Positions 26,285 through 39,568 of a DNA stretch of 64,000 nt are shown here, in pieces. The notes beneath the pieces were generated by a model. That model was not told where the DNA came from. It saw only the letters and a program-made list of their open reading frames with translations, and made no database searches. Position 1 is the stretch's first letter, and each line of letters starts with the position of its first letter. Source of the stretch: Podarcis bocagei (Eukaryota); the NCBI GenBank assembly GCA_964188305.1, contig OZ076885.1; one strand, written 5' to 3'. A program made the position numbers and the translations under genes.

Positions 26285-28180
26285 CACCCTTAGTGAGAAG
26301 TGACTTTGGTGCCTCCCCACCTGGTGGTCAGCTTTGCCTGGCCACCTAGAGGGTTTATGGGCCCTGGTGCAAGTGTGATGTTGGAGGCCCTGATGCTGCA
26401 CCCTACCAGGATCCATAAGAGCTAGTTGGTGCAGTGGTTAGAGTGTTGGACTAGGACCTGGGAAACCAGGGTTCAATTCCCCTGTCAGGAGCTGGAGTCA
26501 AGCGTAGGCCATCTTCCCCATCGCTACCCTTTGTACCCTTGAAACTGGACAGCCTATTCTGAGGATCTTATCAGGGCATGGGTAGGTCCATGTGGGAAGC
26601 AGAAATCATTTAGACCTTGAGGTCCTTGGCTATGCATGGCATTTAAAACCACCACTTAGAACTGTATTTGGCTGAGAAATTGGGCTATCTAATAAAATGT
26701 GGACCAGTAGTCTCCATCAAAGCTCCATCCTGTTAGTTTTTAGGTCTTGGGACATTTAACCTGTTCCAGCAAATGTTTGTTGACATGGAAGTTCTATACT
26801 AAGGCTAAATATACTGGAGTTCTGTGTGTAAACTGTCCTGGAAGAATGACGGGAGTTGTATTTTTAAAAATGCATTCCAGTACACACATGACTTTAAATT
26901 AAGGCAAACATGTTTGAAAGGTTGGAACCAAAGTCTAATCTAGCCATCTTCTTTGTCATTTTTGTTTACATGTTTTCATGTAGATTCACATTTTGATCAC
27001 AAATTCATCATTACTTGAGTATAAGAAGGAGCAGCAAGCACACCAGAGGTCCCCGTTTCCCAGGGACAGTCCCCGGATTGACAAATCAGTCCCCATACAA
27101 AATCCATTGAAGTTGAAAAGTGTCCCCGGATTCACTGAAAAAAATCTGGTTACCTTATTCTAGGTGCTATCGTAGTCTGATAGCTCTTAATACTGGAGTC
27201 ACCCCTCCAAAGCATCACCCAAATCAGAGGTCACCTGGATTGCAAACCTCACAAGCACTAAGTCCTCTTACAATATCTGATGCATAACTAGTTTTCACAG
27301 GAGATTGTTCCAGTATTTGAAAGTCAGGACTGATTATAGAATAAATATGCTTTCCAAGTACAGAAATATTAGGGTCAAAATTCCCCTTCAATATATATTT
27401 ATTACATTTCCGCTACTACTACTGATTGACTATTTTTATTTTGTGCACCAAGGGAAATTTCCCCGCATCTGGTACTAAAACTGGCCTGCCGACTCGTAGT
27501 GCTGCCCAGTTGGAGCCACATCGCCACCCAATGGACAGTTGGTGGCAAAACAGGACGGCAAGCCTGGCAAGCCTTCCAAAGTGTACAGTACTGTAAAATT
27601 GCCTTCGAGCTTTGGGCAATGGAATCCTTTCAAGATGAAGAAGCAGCTCCTCCGTGATTGATTCTGGGTTAGATCTTTCTCCTGCTTTCCGCTCTTTGTA
27701 GTCTGATGCAGCTGCTATGAGCGTAATGGACATCTTCAGCGACTTGATATTTGGGATGTTCAAGGAATCGGGCACTTAGGCAATTGTAGATTCAAGACTC
27801 TTATGATCTTACAGGGCCCATCTTTTTAGGTGGCAATGTGCATTTCACTTACTTAAAAATGCAGCTCCCCCCCCTCATTCTGCTGCTCATTGTGCCCCAC
27901 AGTCCTGCTCCAAGTGCAAAGCTAACCCAAGGCATTTTGCTGCCTGAACGTGTGGACAAGTCAGACCAGAATATGCCTTTATGGAGAAAACAATTTTTAA
28001 AGGTTGGGCAATGGACCCCGTGGACCTCTGTAAGTTATTGGGCAATGGCTTCCATTGTCTCTTGTCCAGTGAGATGCTTCCTAGGGCTGATGGGAACTGG
28101 GACCCAACATCTGGACAGGAACTGCAAGTCAGGAATGGATGTCCCTAGCTGCAAGAACCAGCACGTTCCTATTTCAAGGG

Positions 28181-28325
28181 TAGAATCATAGAGTTTTAGA
28201 GTGGGAAGGGACTCTGAGGATCATCAACACCCTGCAATGCCGGAATATGCAGCTGTCCCATATGGGGATTGAACCTGTAACCTTGGCATTATCAGCACCA
28301 CGCTCTAACCAATGGAGCTATCCAA
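28181..28325 (-). mobile_element. tRNA-Ile-derived SINE
   Basis: Reverse complement of the 5005-5160 family. Confidence 0.7.
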
Positions 28326-29121
28326 GCTGAATCTCTTGGCAGCCAAAAGAAGAAGTAGCCTGGAAGTTAATTGTGCTCCTTCAAAGGTGAATCCTAAGGC
28401 CACACAAAGACACAAGGGCTCAGAGGAACCACCTTGTGCTCAAGATTGGGGGCGCGTGTTGCATGTGCATGTGGTCATGTGTGTGTTGTGCATCACATGC
28501 ATGCTTGCCTGATCAATAAATCTGCCCACATTAAAAATGGCCATCTATCTCCATTGTTGGGATGGGGTGGAGCGGAGAGGGGGAATCAAGTTTAGGACTA
28601 TTTTGGAACTTTTCTGTGAATCATCTGAATGGAGCTAATGGATGACCAGTGCTCCCCAGGTGATAGTTTGGGAACTTCTGATACAGGCCATCCTGAAGAC
28701 AGCTGAGGGAGTAAAAAGCTTTGAGGAGAAAGGGCCCTTTCTGCTAACATTCTGGATTTGGGTCTCTGGTGTGTTCTCCCTATCCTTGTGCCTTCCACAG
28801 CCTGGAGTGTCTGTTTTCACAGGCTGAAAAATCAGACATCTCTGCCATTTCCAATGCTTTCTTTGCAGTCGTAACCAGCTCCTTTCCTGGAAAAGTCTGC
28901 AAAGAGCACAGGAGCCTTCCAAAACTGGTATGCGAAACTTTGTTTTCACAGTCAGGCCCCTGGAGGGTTCTGATAATTACTTCACCAGTGTTCATTAATA
29001 CTGCATCAAGGAAAAAAACCCGCCAGCACTCTGGAGAAATAAAGGGGCTGCATTGCTTCATCTTCTAACCAGTGAAGTGACTGTGAATATTATGAGAACA
29101 TAAAGGCTGTCAGTGACGTAG

Positions 29122-29157
<36 letters not shown>

Positions 29158-30361
29158 CCTCTCGCAATGGCATTCATAATGCCATAACACATTCTACGCT
29201 CATAAAAGCATTTTTTTTAAAGGCATGAAACTTCACCAACACAAATCAACAGAAAACTCACAATCCTTTCCTCATATATAGCTATTTATGCACTCAGTTT
29301 CACTCAGATACAATCCCACAGACATGTATTTTTTAATGTGCACACACATACAGATAGAAAATTGCACCCTAACACAGCATGTGCATCTATACACGTCACT
29401 TTTTCAGAGGGGGGGGGGAGGAGAGAGAGAGAGACTAAAGTGAAGATGTTACTGCATTCATCTGAGTGGCTTTAAAACCGTATTCCCTCAGTACCCATGA
29501 GTGAGGTGATAAATATATGAGGCCATTTTGAAAGCTGACAAAATGCCATTTCCCACATGCTAGCTCTCAAATACAGAGCAAATAAAGGAGGACAGTGGCA
29601 TTGTAAATGGCAAGGGTTTTTGCTTTTCTTATTTTTAACAGACTGCCCCTAATGTAAGATGCTTCAAGGCTGTGTAGAAAACTCTGCGGAGTCTTGCGCC
29701 ACACCATCCTGTAGTCTTGTGTTTTTGACCTAGCAGCCTTTCCTTCCCCACAGTGCGTTGGCCTGTATGAATTATAGGCACTCCACATGCACATAGATTC
29801 CTTGGTGAACTGGGGGTGGCGCTTTCGTAAGGGTGCTTTAAATCTAAAGAGATTTCAGGCAGTGCAATCTCTGGCCCCCTACGCTCTGCTCCCTCTTTTG
29901 CCTGCATTCACATGGGCGCATGCAGACCGCCATTCTGCCCCCCCCACCTCAGGGCACTCACCTCAGCATGTGGTGGATTTGAAAGGTGTAGGAGTGACGG
30001 AAGAATGAGTGAAAAGCCTTTTCTTGGTTTTGCCATGCACAACATTTCTTCCTCTCTCCTTCATCTCTTTGGAAGCCCAAAGCTCTTTGGAGATCCCAGG
30101 AGGCGGTGTCATTTGGGCATGTGTGTGTGTTCAAAGATTTATTGGATTTGACAAACAATGATTTATGACAGGGCAGCCTGGGCAGGGTGCAGTGAGGAAT
30201 ATCTGTGCCTCATCATGACTCGGAGATCCATTTCAATCCCCGTCTCGGTCCTCTGCTGCCTCTTATTAAAACGCTGAGTGGATCAGACTTGACAGATGCA
30301 GACAATTTATTTCTTAGTGCAGAGAAGGAATGAGAGAAAAGAAAACCAGGAGGGGCCAGCC

Positions 30362-30363
<2 letters not shown>

Positions 30364-30409
<46 letters not shown>
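30364..30409. repeat. (TG)n microsatellite
   Basis: Directly visible. Confidence 0.95.
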
Positions 30410-30413
<4 letters not shown>

Positions 30414-30916
30414 GAGGGACTTATATATCAGAGTTCCTTATCTCCACGGCTCTTGGCACCTGCTCCAGATCCACTTGGACACTTTTAAAGCATTTTAAAT
30501 TAGCTTTCACTTATCAGAAGCGTTGGGTTTCAGGCCAGGTTCTTGAGGGTTCTGCGTGCCCATGAGCTTGATGTGGTTTGAATTCTCAAGCTCTCTCTCT
30601 TCTTCCTGGTAGGTCTTTAGGTTTCCAAAAATGTGACATGAGTTGATATGAAGGCCCCATTCCTCAGGCTACTTTCAGCTTCGCCATCCAAAGCTTGTCC
30701 AGGCTATGACTGCCAGATGAAAAAAAAAAATAGATAGAGGGATCATGTCACTTCTGCTCCATCCTGCAGAACTTTATTGGGGCCGCAGGGTTCTGAGATA
30801 AAGGATGGTTGCTCTGTTTTTCTGTGCTGTTGTTTTGAAGGAAGCTGCTAGACCTGTCTTTTGTTTATATAGATGTGTTTGATTTTTTTAGGTCCTTATT
30901 GATTGCATTTATTGTA

Positions 30917-31159
30917 CAGTGGTACCTCGGGTTACATACACTTCAGGTTACATATGCTTCAGGTTACAGACTCCGCTAACCCAGAAATAGTACCTCAGGT
31001 TAAGAACTTTGCTTCAGGATGAGAACAGAAATCGTGTTCCGGCGGCGCAGAGGCAGCAGGAGGCCCCATTAGCTAAAGTGGTGCTTCAGGTTAAGAACAG
31101 TTTCAGGTTAAGAAACGGACCTCCGGAACGAATTAAGTACTCAACCCGAGGTACCATTG
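30917..31159. mobile_element. Tc1/mariner MITE
   Basis: TA-cagtggtacctcgggtt...aacccgaggtaccattg-TA. Confidence 0.9.
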
Positions 31160-31175
31160 TAATTAGTTTTCAGTA

Positions 31176-31364
31176 CAGTGGTACCTCCGGTTGTGGACGG
31201 GATCCATTCTGGAGGTCTGGCCGGATCCTGAGGTTTGTGCAGCCGGAGAGACCACTTCTGTGCACACACGCGTGGCAAAAACCCGGAAATATACTTCTGG
31301 CTTTGCCGCTTACGTATCCTGAAGTTTACGTAACCGGAGGGATACGTAAGTGGAAGTACGACTG
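31176..31364. mobile_element. Second, related Tc1/mariner MITE directly adjacent
   Basis: TA-cagtggtacctcc...ggaagtacgactg-TA. Confidence 0.8.
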
Positions 31365-31789
31365 TATCTCTGTTGTGTTTCTAAGTTGATTTGAGTCACC
31401 ATCATCTTCATAGAGCCTGCTTGGCTCCTTGGTATACTCCAAGTTCAATGAAACAAGCTGGAAGATGGCTTGAATACAAGTGGAGGAAAACTCCTGATAA
31501 ATGCAGCTGAACACTGATGAGGGCTCATTATCAAGTGTACTAAGTGGCTGTGAAGGTGACAAAGAAGGCATACTTTGCTGTCTCAATCCAGATAAGACTG
31601 AGGTGGAATCTAGACACATATAAAAAATGCTGTGAAAATGCCTTTTTAAAAAACGTTTTGAAAAATGTATTGCATTTGCCATAGCTCACCATCGCCATCT
31701 AGTGTCACATTTGTATAATGCACTTTACAACGCACTTAACATGTTTTATTTGCAGCTGTATAGCTGAGTCCTGAGTCACTGTTAGTGGG

Positions 31790-32120
31790 CAGTTCCCTAG
31801 ATCAGATGGTTGGGAGGTGGCCTGCTCTGGATAGGGTTACACTCCCTCTGAATGAATGGGCGCATAGCTTTGGTGTACTTCTGGATCCTTTGCTGTCACT
31901 TGAGGCTGTCACTTGGTGCAGAGTGCCTTCTATCAGCATCTGGACAGGGATAGCCTAACATCTGTTGTATATGCTCTGGTATCTTCTAGGTTAGATTACT
32001 GCAATGCATTATACATAGGGCTGCCCCTGAAGATGGTTTGGAGATTGCAGCTGGTGCAGAATTCAGCAGCCAGACTGCTCACCAGGGTGAGACGGTTTGA
32101 GTGCTTCACACCAATCCTAC
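31790..32120 (+). mobile_element. Old L2 LINE ORF2 fragment
   Basis: Translates VVYALVSSRLDYCNALYIGLPLK...LQLVQNSAARLL. Confidence 0.85.
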
Positions 32121-32200
32121 CAGAAATAAGCATAGAAATTATCTAAATGAAATAAAAACAACACAGATGCAGGACATCAGTATTCTGAAAAATGAGTTCA

Positions 32201-32417
32201 GTTACAGATAGGTAGCTGTGTTGGTCTGCCATAGTCAAAATAAAAAAATTCCTTCCAGTAGCACCTTAAAGACCAACTAAGTTAGTTCTTGGTATGAGCT
32301 TTCGTGTGCATGCACACTTCTTGAGTGTATCTGAAGAAGTGTGCATGCACACGAAAGCTCATACCAAGAACTAACTTAGTTGGTCTTTAAGGTGCTACTG
32401 GAAGGAATTTTTTTATT
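32201..32417. mobile_element. Penelope-like element remnant forming an 84-bp perfect inverted repeat (32239-32322 / 32334-32417)
   Basis: Arms pair perfectly around an 11-nt loop; ggtctttaaggtgctac terminus is recalled as typical of reptile Penelope/Neptune elements. Confidence 0.8.
32327..32364 (+). ncRNA. Minimal type I hammerhead ribozyme motif
   Basis: GTAT-CTGAAGA-a-GTGTGCATGCACAC-GAAA-GC-TC-ATAC: stem I GTAT/ATAC, CUGANGA and GAAA core, stem II hairpin, palindromic AGCT stem III. Confidence 0.7.
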
Positions 32418-33469
32418 ATGAAAAATGAGGACAATGTGAATATTTTTAATTCCCATTTGGCAAATGGAGAACCGAGAGTGAAGGTAGCCACTTTTGCAAA
32501 CACCTCCATAAATCTGTGGCTTTACAAACCCAAAACCTTCTCACTGGCATTGTTGACTGAACCAAACCAACTTCAGTGAAGCAATGGTGATCAAAGACTG
32601 AAAAGACATTCTGAGTGCAGCACATATGGTTTGAACACATATCAGCTGCCTTGAAAACAAATGTCTAGGAATGAATCAAATGCCTATCAAAATCACTTCC
32701 AATCCCAGGCTACAGGTGAAGAAAGGGAGGTGCTTTAATTGCCACCCATAGGCTGAGATTGCCTGCTCCCTGACTAGGGCTGAAGGCTTGTTTTGCATTT
32801 GGAGAGTCATCTAAAACCAGCATTGGATTTCTCCCATCTCTTTTTTTACCTTTTGAATACCAGCTCTAGGCCCCTTACTTGACCACGCTAAATTGGCAGC
32901 AACAATTCCCCTCTATTTTAGTATCCTTTCCCTGAAATATTCCAGTTCTAAATCCCCAGCAGCAAAAACATTGCTAGTGCCCTTTCATCCTTGTCGGCAG
33001 CATCCCTGGCAGCTCCTGCCCCCATAAATCAGATTCCATACCTAGAACTGGCTTAAAACTAAGTCAGCTCACATAGGTGCCTTGGCTTCTGCAAGGCTAC
33101 TATCTCTCCACATGCGCATGGGATGTTTTACTTAATAAAAAATAAGATCTTTTGGAGACTCTTTTGGGAATGTGGTCAGCACACAGTGAGCAGCAAGGCT
33201 TTGCAAGGGTACAAGAGTCACTGTAGCCTTGCTCAGAGATGTGGGCCTCTAAGAGAGGTAGAAAGCATCTCTGCTCAAATGCCACCATAAGGGTGGCGTG
33301 TTTGCTTCTTACAGATGGGGCTGATTAGCTGGGAATGTCAGCGATGTGATTTGGGGCAGAGCAAGCAACTTATGCATTACTCTGAACCTCATAATGCAGA
33401 ATTGGAAAAGGTCATGTTCCCTTTCTTCCCTAGTTGCTTCTTTTACTTCCTCCTGCTCTTCAAAGATAG

Positions 33470-33527
<58 letters not shown>

Positions 33528-33529
<2 letters not shown>

Positions 33530-34694
33530 GTGGTACCCCGCAAGACGAATGCCTCGCAAGACGGAAAACCCGCAAGACGAAAGGGTTTTCTGTTTTGGAG
33601 GCGCTTCGCAAGACGAATTTCCCTATGGGCTTGCATCGCAAGACGAAAGCCCATAGGGAAATGCTGGCGGTCGGGAGCAAAGACTTTCGCCCACAGCCGG
33701 CCTTCAGAAGAGGACCTCTTCTGAAGGCCGGCGGGGGGCAAAAGTCTTTGCTCCCCCCGCCTGCCTTCCCCCCCCCGCCTGCCCCGGGCGATCTTAAAAT
33801 GCTGGCGGGCGGGAGCGAAGCGTTCGCTGCCGACCCCCAGCATTTTAAAATCTCCCCGTGTCCCGGGGAGGTTTTAAAATGCTGGGGGTCGGGAGCGAAG
33901 CGTTCGCTGCCGACCCCCAGCATTTTAAAATCTCCCCGTGTCCCGGGGAGGTTTTAAAATGCTGGGGGTCGGGAGCGAAGCGCTGCCGAACCCCAGCATT
34001 TTAAAATCTCCCCGTGTCCCGGGAAGGTTTTAAAATGCTGGGGTCGGCAGCGCTTCGCTCCTGACCCCCAGCATTTTAAAACGCTGTTCCGAAGGGGGGG
34101 CGGGGACACCTGCCCCAGCCGCCCCACTTCGGAAAGCTGTTCCGAAGTGGGGAGGGGGGGCGGGGACACCTGCCCCAGCCGCCCCACATCGGAAAGCTGT
34201 TCCGAAGTGGGGAGGGGGGCGGGGACACCTGCCCCAGCCGCCCCACTTCGGAAAGCTGTTCCGAAGTGGGGCGGGGGGCGGGAACACCTTCTGAAGGCGG
34301 GCAGGGGGCGAAAGTCTTTGTCCCCCCTGCCTGCCTTCCCAGGGGCTTTTAAATCGCCCCGGACAGCGGAGAAGTCCTCCGCTGTCCGGGGCGATTTTAA
34401 AATGCCGCCCGCCAGCATTTTAAGATCGCCCCGGACAGCGGAGAAGTCCTCCGCTGTCCCAGGGTTTTTTAAAATGCTGGGGGTGGGAAGAAAAGCCCTT
34501 GTCCCCCCCCCCCAGCCTTCAGAAGAGGTCCGGGGACAGACTGTCCCCGGACCTGGTCTGAAGGCGGTTTCCCTAGGAACGCATTAATTGATTTTCAATG
34601 CATTCCTATGGGAAACCGTGCATCGCAAGACGAAAAAACCGCAAGACGAAGAGACTTGCGGAACGAATTAATTTCGTCTTGCGAGGCACCACTG
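33528..34694. mobile_element. Expanded Tc1/mariner non-autonomous element inside a (GATA)n microsatellite
   Basis: TA-gagtggtaccccgcaagacg...cgtcttgcgaggcaccactg-TA; same family as 60027-60350. Confidence 0.9.
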
Positions 34695-37170
34695 TAGATA
34701 GATAGATAGATAGATGATAGATAGATAATGATAGATATGGTTTTGCTGTTTTATTTCTCTGACACAAATAAATTGACTACTATATGTGGCCAGTCCTCAA
34801 TTTTGATGATTGTGATGGTGATGATGGTGATAAATTGTTTATTTGAGTTGTCATTATTTTTTGAAATAAATTGTTTTTAGACTGTTACTAGCTGTCACTC
34901 CCCCCCCCCCTTACTTCACACACCCATGGAAATTTCTCTGTTTTCAAAATGCCCCTCACTTTTGAAATCTTATCCAGCTGTTCTGGTCCACTGTGTTGAA
35001 CCAAAGGTGAACTGTTCCAGAAGCTCTGCAAACGCCATCTTGGTAGTCCAGAGGACCCCACAATTAACTGGTAGTTGTTGTAGCAATGAGCTCATATATG
35101 TTTATATTCACTTGCATTGATATTGGCTAATTGGCTTGCTTTGATGCTATCCTTATCTGTGGGCTTGGGGTGCTCAGCTCTGATCCCAGAAAGGGGAACT
35201 ATCTGTAAGATTTGGGCATTTGCCATCTATGCCCTCATCTGGGCAGGTGAAGTGATGGGAAATCCTAGACAAAGTGGCACATGCTGCTTTGTGTAGAAAG
35301 AACATATGAATGTTTGCTTGGGTGCAGACAAGCCATCTCCTTGCTGCGGTGTCCTTCCCTCATGTGTAACGGCTAGGAGACCTGGCAGACTATAAGTCCA
35401 CACCTTTCTTTAACAAAACACTAGAACTGATCACTCTGGCATTGTTGGCATCCTTCCTTGGTATACCCATGCCCAACCACTCTCCTCCGCTAGGCCTACG
35501 GTTCAGAACATCAATCCCTGCATTCATGCCCGCTTGCACCCATGACTGTCCACAGACTGTGCTTCACCTGTTGTGAAAAAGCTGATCTAAATGCCCTCTC
35601 CAGGACTGATTATGTGCCTCAGCACAAACATTAGGTATATGGAATTTTTAATTTGCAAGGTACTTTACATTAGCTTGATTGTCTTTCCATCAGTTCTGTT
35701 AATTTTAAGATATGGGGAGCAGAGGCTGAAATATGACCCAGGACTATCCAGGAAGTCCACTGCAAAGCAAAGATTTCAGCCTGTGTGTTTACAACCCATC
35801 CAATGTCCACCCACTGGATCACACTCACAGAATTTAAGAGTTTGCAATACTCCATTTGCTTCTTTACATTTATGAAGTCAGTATTCTGAAATCTCGGTGC
35901 TTGTTGGACCACCATGGCCACAATTCAACGTGCCTGTTAGATCTGCCAAGGCTTTCACCCTTTGAATGGCTTCCTTTGTGCCACTTTTGAATTTCACCCA
36001 TACTTCAAAAGTACCTTGAAAGCAGGACAAGCACATTGCTGTGGAAAAGAAGTGCCAAAGGGACCTCCGGGTGCATATATGGAATGAATCACTCGGTTCT
36101 CTAAATTATGACCTATATTCTGAATCTAATATTTGGATTTTCTCAACATTTTATTTTTTATGAGTTGTAACTGATGCTGGTCCTGCTCAGAGTAGACCCA
36201 TTGAAGCTAATGAACATGACTAACTGAGGTCCATTGATTTCAGCAAGTCTACTCTGAGTCTAATGGATGCAACTTTATGTTTACATGAATCATTGTGATA
36301 TTACGGACTAATTCATTATGGATATTTCTGCTCCATGGGTTTTGATTGTAGGGTCATTAGTGCCATCGGGTGAACACTGAAAATAATGCTGGCTTACACA
36401 GAAGAAGGTGGCGGACAAGTGGGTGTATTGATGGAGATAAAGCAGACCTTCTGGTGCTCTCTGCTATGACCAGTTCCTCTCTCCAGAACCTCTGGGGTGG
36501 TGATTGTGGCCATCTCCACTGGACAGACCCCGGAGACCCCCTCCAGCAACATGCGTCCCAGGAAATGGCACAACTAGGTGGCAAAATGGCTTTTGATGGA
36601 ATCTAATATGCATGGCAGTATCTCGAAAGAAAGCAGATGTCAGGCAGAATCAACCCTGGCTTCTGGGATCAGTGCTTGGTTTCGACAGCAGCTTAATATC
36701 TCTTCCCAAACACCTCCAGGAGGGTGTCTTGGCTAATAGGGCTCCTTTTTGTTAACAGCCCTTCTCAGTTGTCTCAGAAGCCATGAAGCAAAATTGCTCT
36801 GGGGTAGAAAAGAAAACATATAAAGAAATGGGCAGTGCTAAGGGAAGGGCCTCTCCTGCATAATGAATCCCTTGCTGTGTGGGTTACCAAGACATCTCAA
36901 CTGCACGAAGCCAAGAAAATCTCATTACAGTATATGCATGAAACATGGATACCCCAGGTTTAAGGCCACGGACACACTATACATTTAAAGCACATTTGAA
37001 GCACATGGCACCTGCCCCAAGGATCCTGAGAACTTCAACAACGCTACAGTTCCCAGGAAAGTGCAGTTCTCAGGATACCTTGGGGGAAGTCATGTGCTTT
37101 CAATGTATGGTGTGCAGCCTAAGTCTCTACTAATGTCATTTTCTTCATTTGCCATTTTCTAGTGTCATTT

Positions 37171-37533
37171 GAATTATGGTGCTGGAGGAGACTCTTGAGA
37201 GTCCCATGGACTGCAAGAAGATCAAACCTATCAATTCTTAAGGAAATCAGCCCTGAGTGCTCACTGGAAGGACAGATCCTGAAGCTGAGGCTCCAATACT
37301 TTGGCCACCTCATGAGAAGAGAAGACTCCCTGGAAAAGACCCTGATGTTGGAGAAGATTGAGGGCACAAGGAGAAGGGGATGACAGAGGACAAGATGGTT
37401 GGGCAGTGTTCTCGAAGCTACCAACATGAGTTTGACCAAACTGCGGGAGGCAGTGGAAGACAGGAGTGCCTGGTGTGCTCTGGTCCATGGGGTCATGAAG
37501 AGTCGGACACGACTAAACGACTAAACAACAACA
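37171..37533 (+). mobile_element. Bov-B (RTE) LINE 3' fragment
   Basis: FELWCWRRLLRVPWTARRSNLSILKEI; (CAA) tail; TSD agtgtc(a/g)ttt. Confidence 0.95.
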
Positions 37534-38029
37534 AGTGTCGTTTTCCTTTGCTTAGGGATTATCCACACTTCCACTTGTCCCCATTTGCCTTGCTTCTTTC
37601 CCTGGGAAAACCCACTCTTTAGTGCTGAATTGGAGCAAATGTCAATCTGTAGAAAACCCCACTGACGCTAAAAAGCTGGTTTCCTAGAGGGGGAAGGAGC
37701 GGGATGTGTGGACGAATCCTCACAATTATAACTCTTCACATCAAAAAGTGGTTATGTGTAATGTCATTTCGTTCCAAAGATTTCAAAGCAACTGCAGCAC
37801 TGTGCTAAATTTCACTAAGAATAAATCTGGGCCAAGTGTTAGACCAGATGCAAAATTCAGAAAAGGTATACAGAGATGCTATTCTTGCCAGTTGCCAGGG
37901 AAGAGCAAGAGATGTCAGTCCTCTCTAGATTCCCAAGTTGCACAGTATTAATAGCAGCATCATGTCACAGCGATGGCATCAGGCACTGCATAGGCATAAT
38001 GTGGATGACAAATACATGACAAATGGATT

Positions 38030-38550
38030 TTTTTTTATAAAAAGAAATGTTTTGATTTTGATATTCCAGCATCAATATACACAAAAAAACACAAAAATTA
38101 TATGTCTCTCCCCACAGCTGAACATAAGTTTGATGAAATACATTGCTCCATAGTTGTAGATGTGTCAGGCAGTGGATGCCAATATATTTCTTCATGTCTG
38201 TTATAAGCGGACGTCCAGTTTCAATAAAGTTTTCATCTGACTTGTCCTTTAAATGTTCTCACCTGTTTCCTAAGTTTCTCCATCAATGCGACTGTCCACA
38301 CTTTCTGCCCCCAGTTGTGAATTTGTAAATTGTGCAGATCTTTACAGCTGGGGCTATGAGTTGTCTCACTGCCAGCAAGAGGAAGGCGAACAGTTCCTTG
38401 TGTTGAAGATCTTTCTAGTCTCCGTGAAAAATCATTAATAAAAGCAAGCTGTGGAGTACCTAGCATAGTTTGCTGAATTACTGAGCTGTTTTCTGTGAAA
38501 ACATTTTTCCAGAAAGGTTTGATTAAGCTGCATGTCCACCACACAGATGA
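38030..38550 (-). mobile_element. Degenerate L1/Tx1-type LINE ORF2 C-terminal fragment
   Basis: WWTCSLIKPFW...KVWTVALMEKL resembles the L1 ORF2 Cys-rich end. Confidence 0.6.
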
Positions 38551-38624
38551 AGAGTTATGGTTAATTATGGAGAGAGAAAACTTTGCTTACATTTAAGGAC
38601 GAGGGGGAAATCTGAAAAATTCAC

Positions 38625-38832
38625 AGAGGATAAGGCTATCAATGGCTGCTAGCTATGATAGCTATGATCTGCCTCCATGTTCGGATGCAGTAATGCTTCT
38701 GAATGCCAGTTGCTGGAAATAGGAACGGAAGAGTCCTCTTGTGCCCTGTGCCTGCTTGTAGGTTTCCCATAGGCATCTGGCTGGCCACTGTGACAACAGG
38801 ATTTTGGACTAGATCCTATGTTCTTATGTTCA
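38625..38832 (+). mobile_element. CR1 LINE 3' fragment
   Basis: Same 3'UTR as 46.8 kb; ttcttatg tail. Confidence 0.65.
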
Positions 38833-39259
38833 CAGCTAGTCTTCCACAGGCTAGCTAGATTCTTAACATTTGCTTTTCTTGTAGTACCAATCTGTTTTTC
38901 TTCTTTGTGCCCCTTAGTCTTATTCTTAATAGCATTTCTCTAATTTGGCTTTGTCTTGGCTTGAGAGTGTGTTCTGCGACAGGCTCAAGGAACTATGTTC
39001 CTCCCATGTGACTAGATCTGTCGGCTTCAGGCTACCCGCAGAGCCTAAAGGGATTCACTAGAAAAGCAAGCTGTGCTGCTTTTGTGGAGATGGGGAGATG
39101 TTTGGGGTTGCTCCCTCCTCCCAGGCAAAAGAATCCTGGCTTATAACTCCTCTCTGCCTTGAGCTAAAGGGGAGGTGGTGGTAGACTATCAAATGCATTT
39201 ACACCTGGCTTGACACCTAAGGCAGTTTTGGCAAAAGCGGAAGTGCTGTTCCTTTACAC

Positions 39260-39568
39260 CAGGGGTCAGCAAACTTTTTCAGCAGGGGGCTGGTCCACTG
39301 TCCCTCAGACCTGGGGGGGGGGCGGACTATTTTTTTGGGGGGGGAATGAGCAAATTCCTATGCCCCACAAATATCCCAGAGATGCATTTTAAATAAAAGC
39401 ACACATGCTACTCATGTAAAAACACCAGGCAGGCCCCACAAATAATCCAGGGATGCGTTTTAAATAAAAGGGCACATTCTACTCATGTAAAAACACCCTG
39501 ATTCCTGGACTGTCCGTAGGCCGGGTTTAGGCCGATCCGGCCCCTGGGCCTTAGTTTGCCTACCCATG
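39260..39568. mobile_element. hAT (Charlie-like) MITE with internal duplication, inverted relative to 2772
   Basis: TIRs caggggtcagcaaac/gtttgcctacccatg; TSD ctttacac. Confidence 0.9.

Noticed and set aside
33309-34587. Long overlapping ORFs (up to 204 aa)
   Set aside because: Translations of MITE palindromes and GATA repeats.
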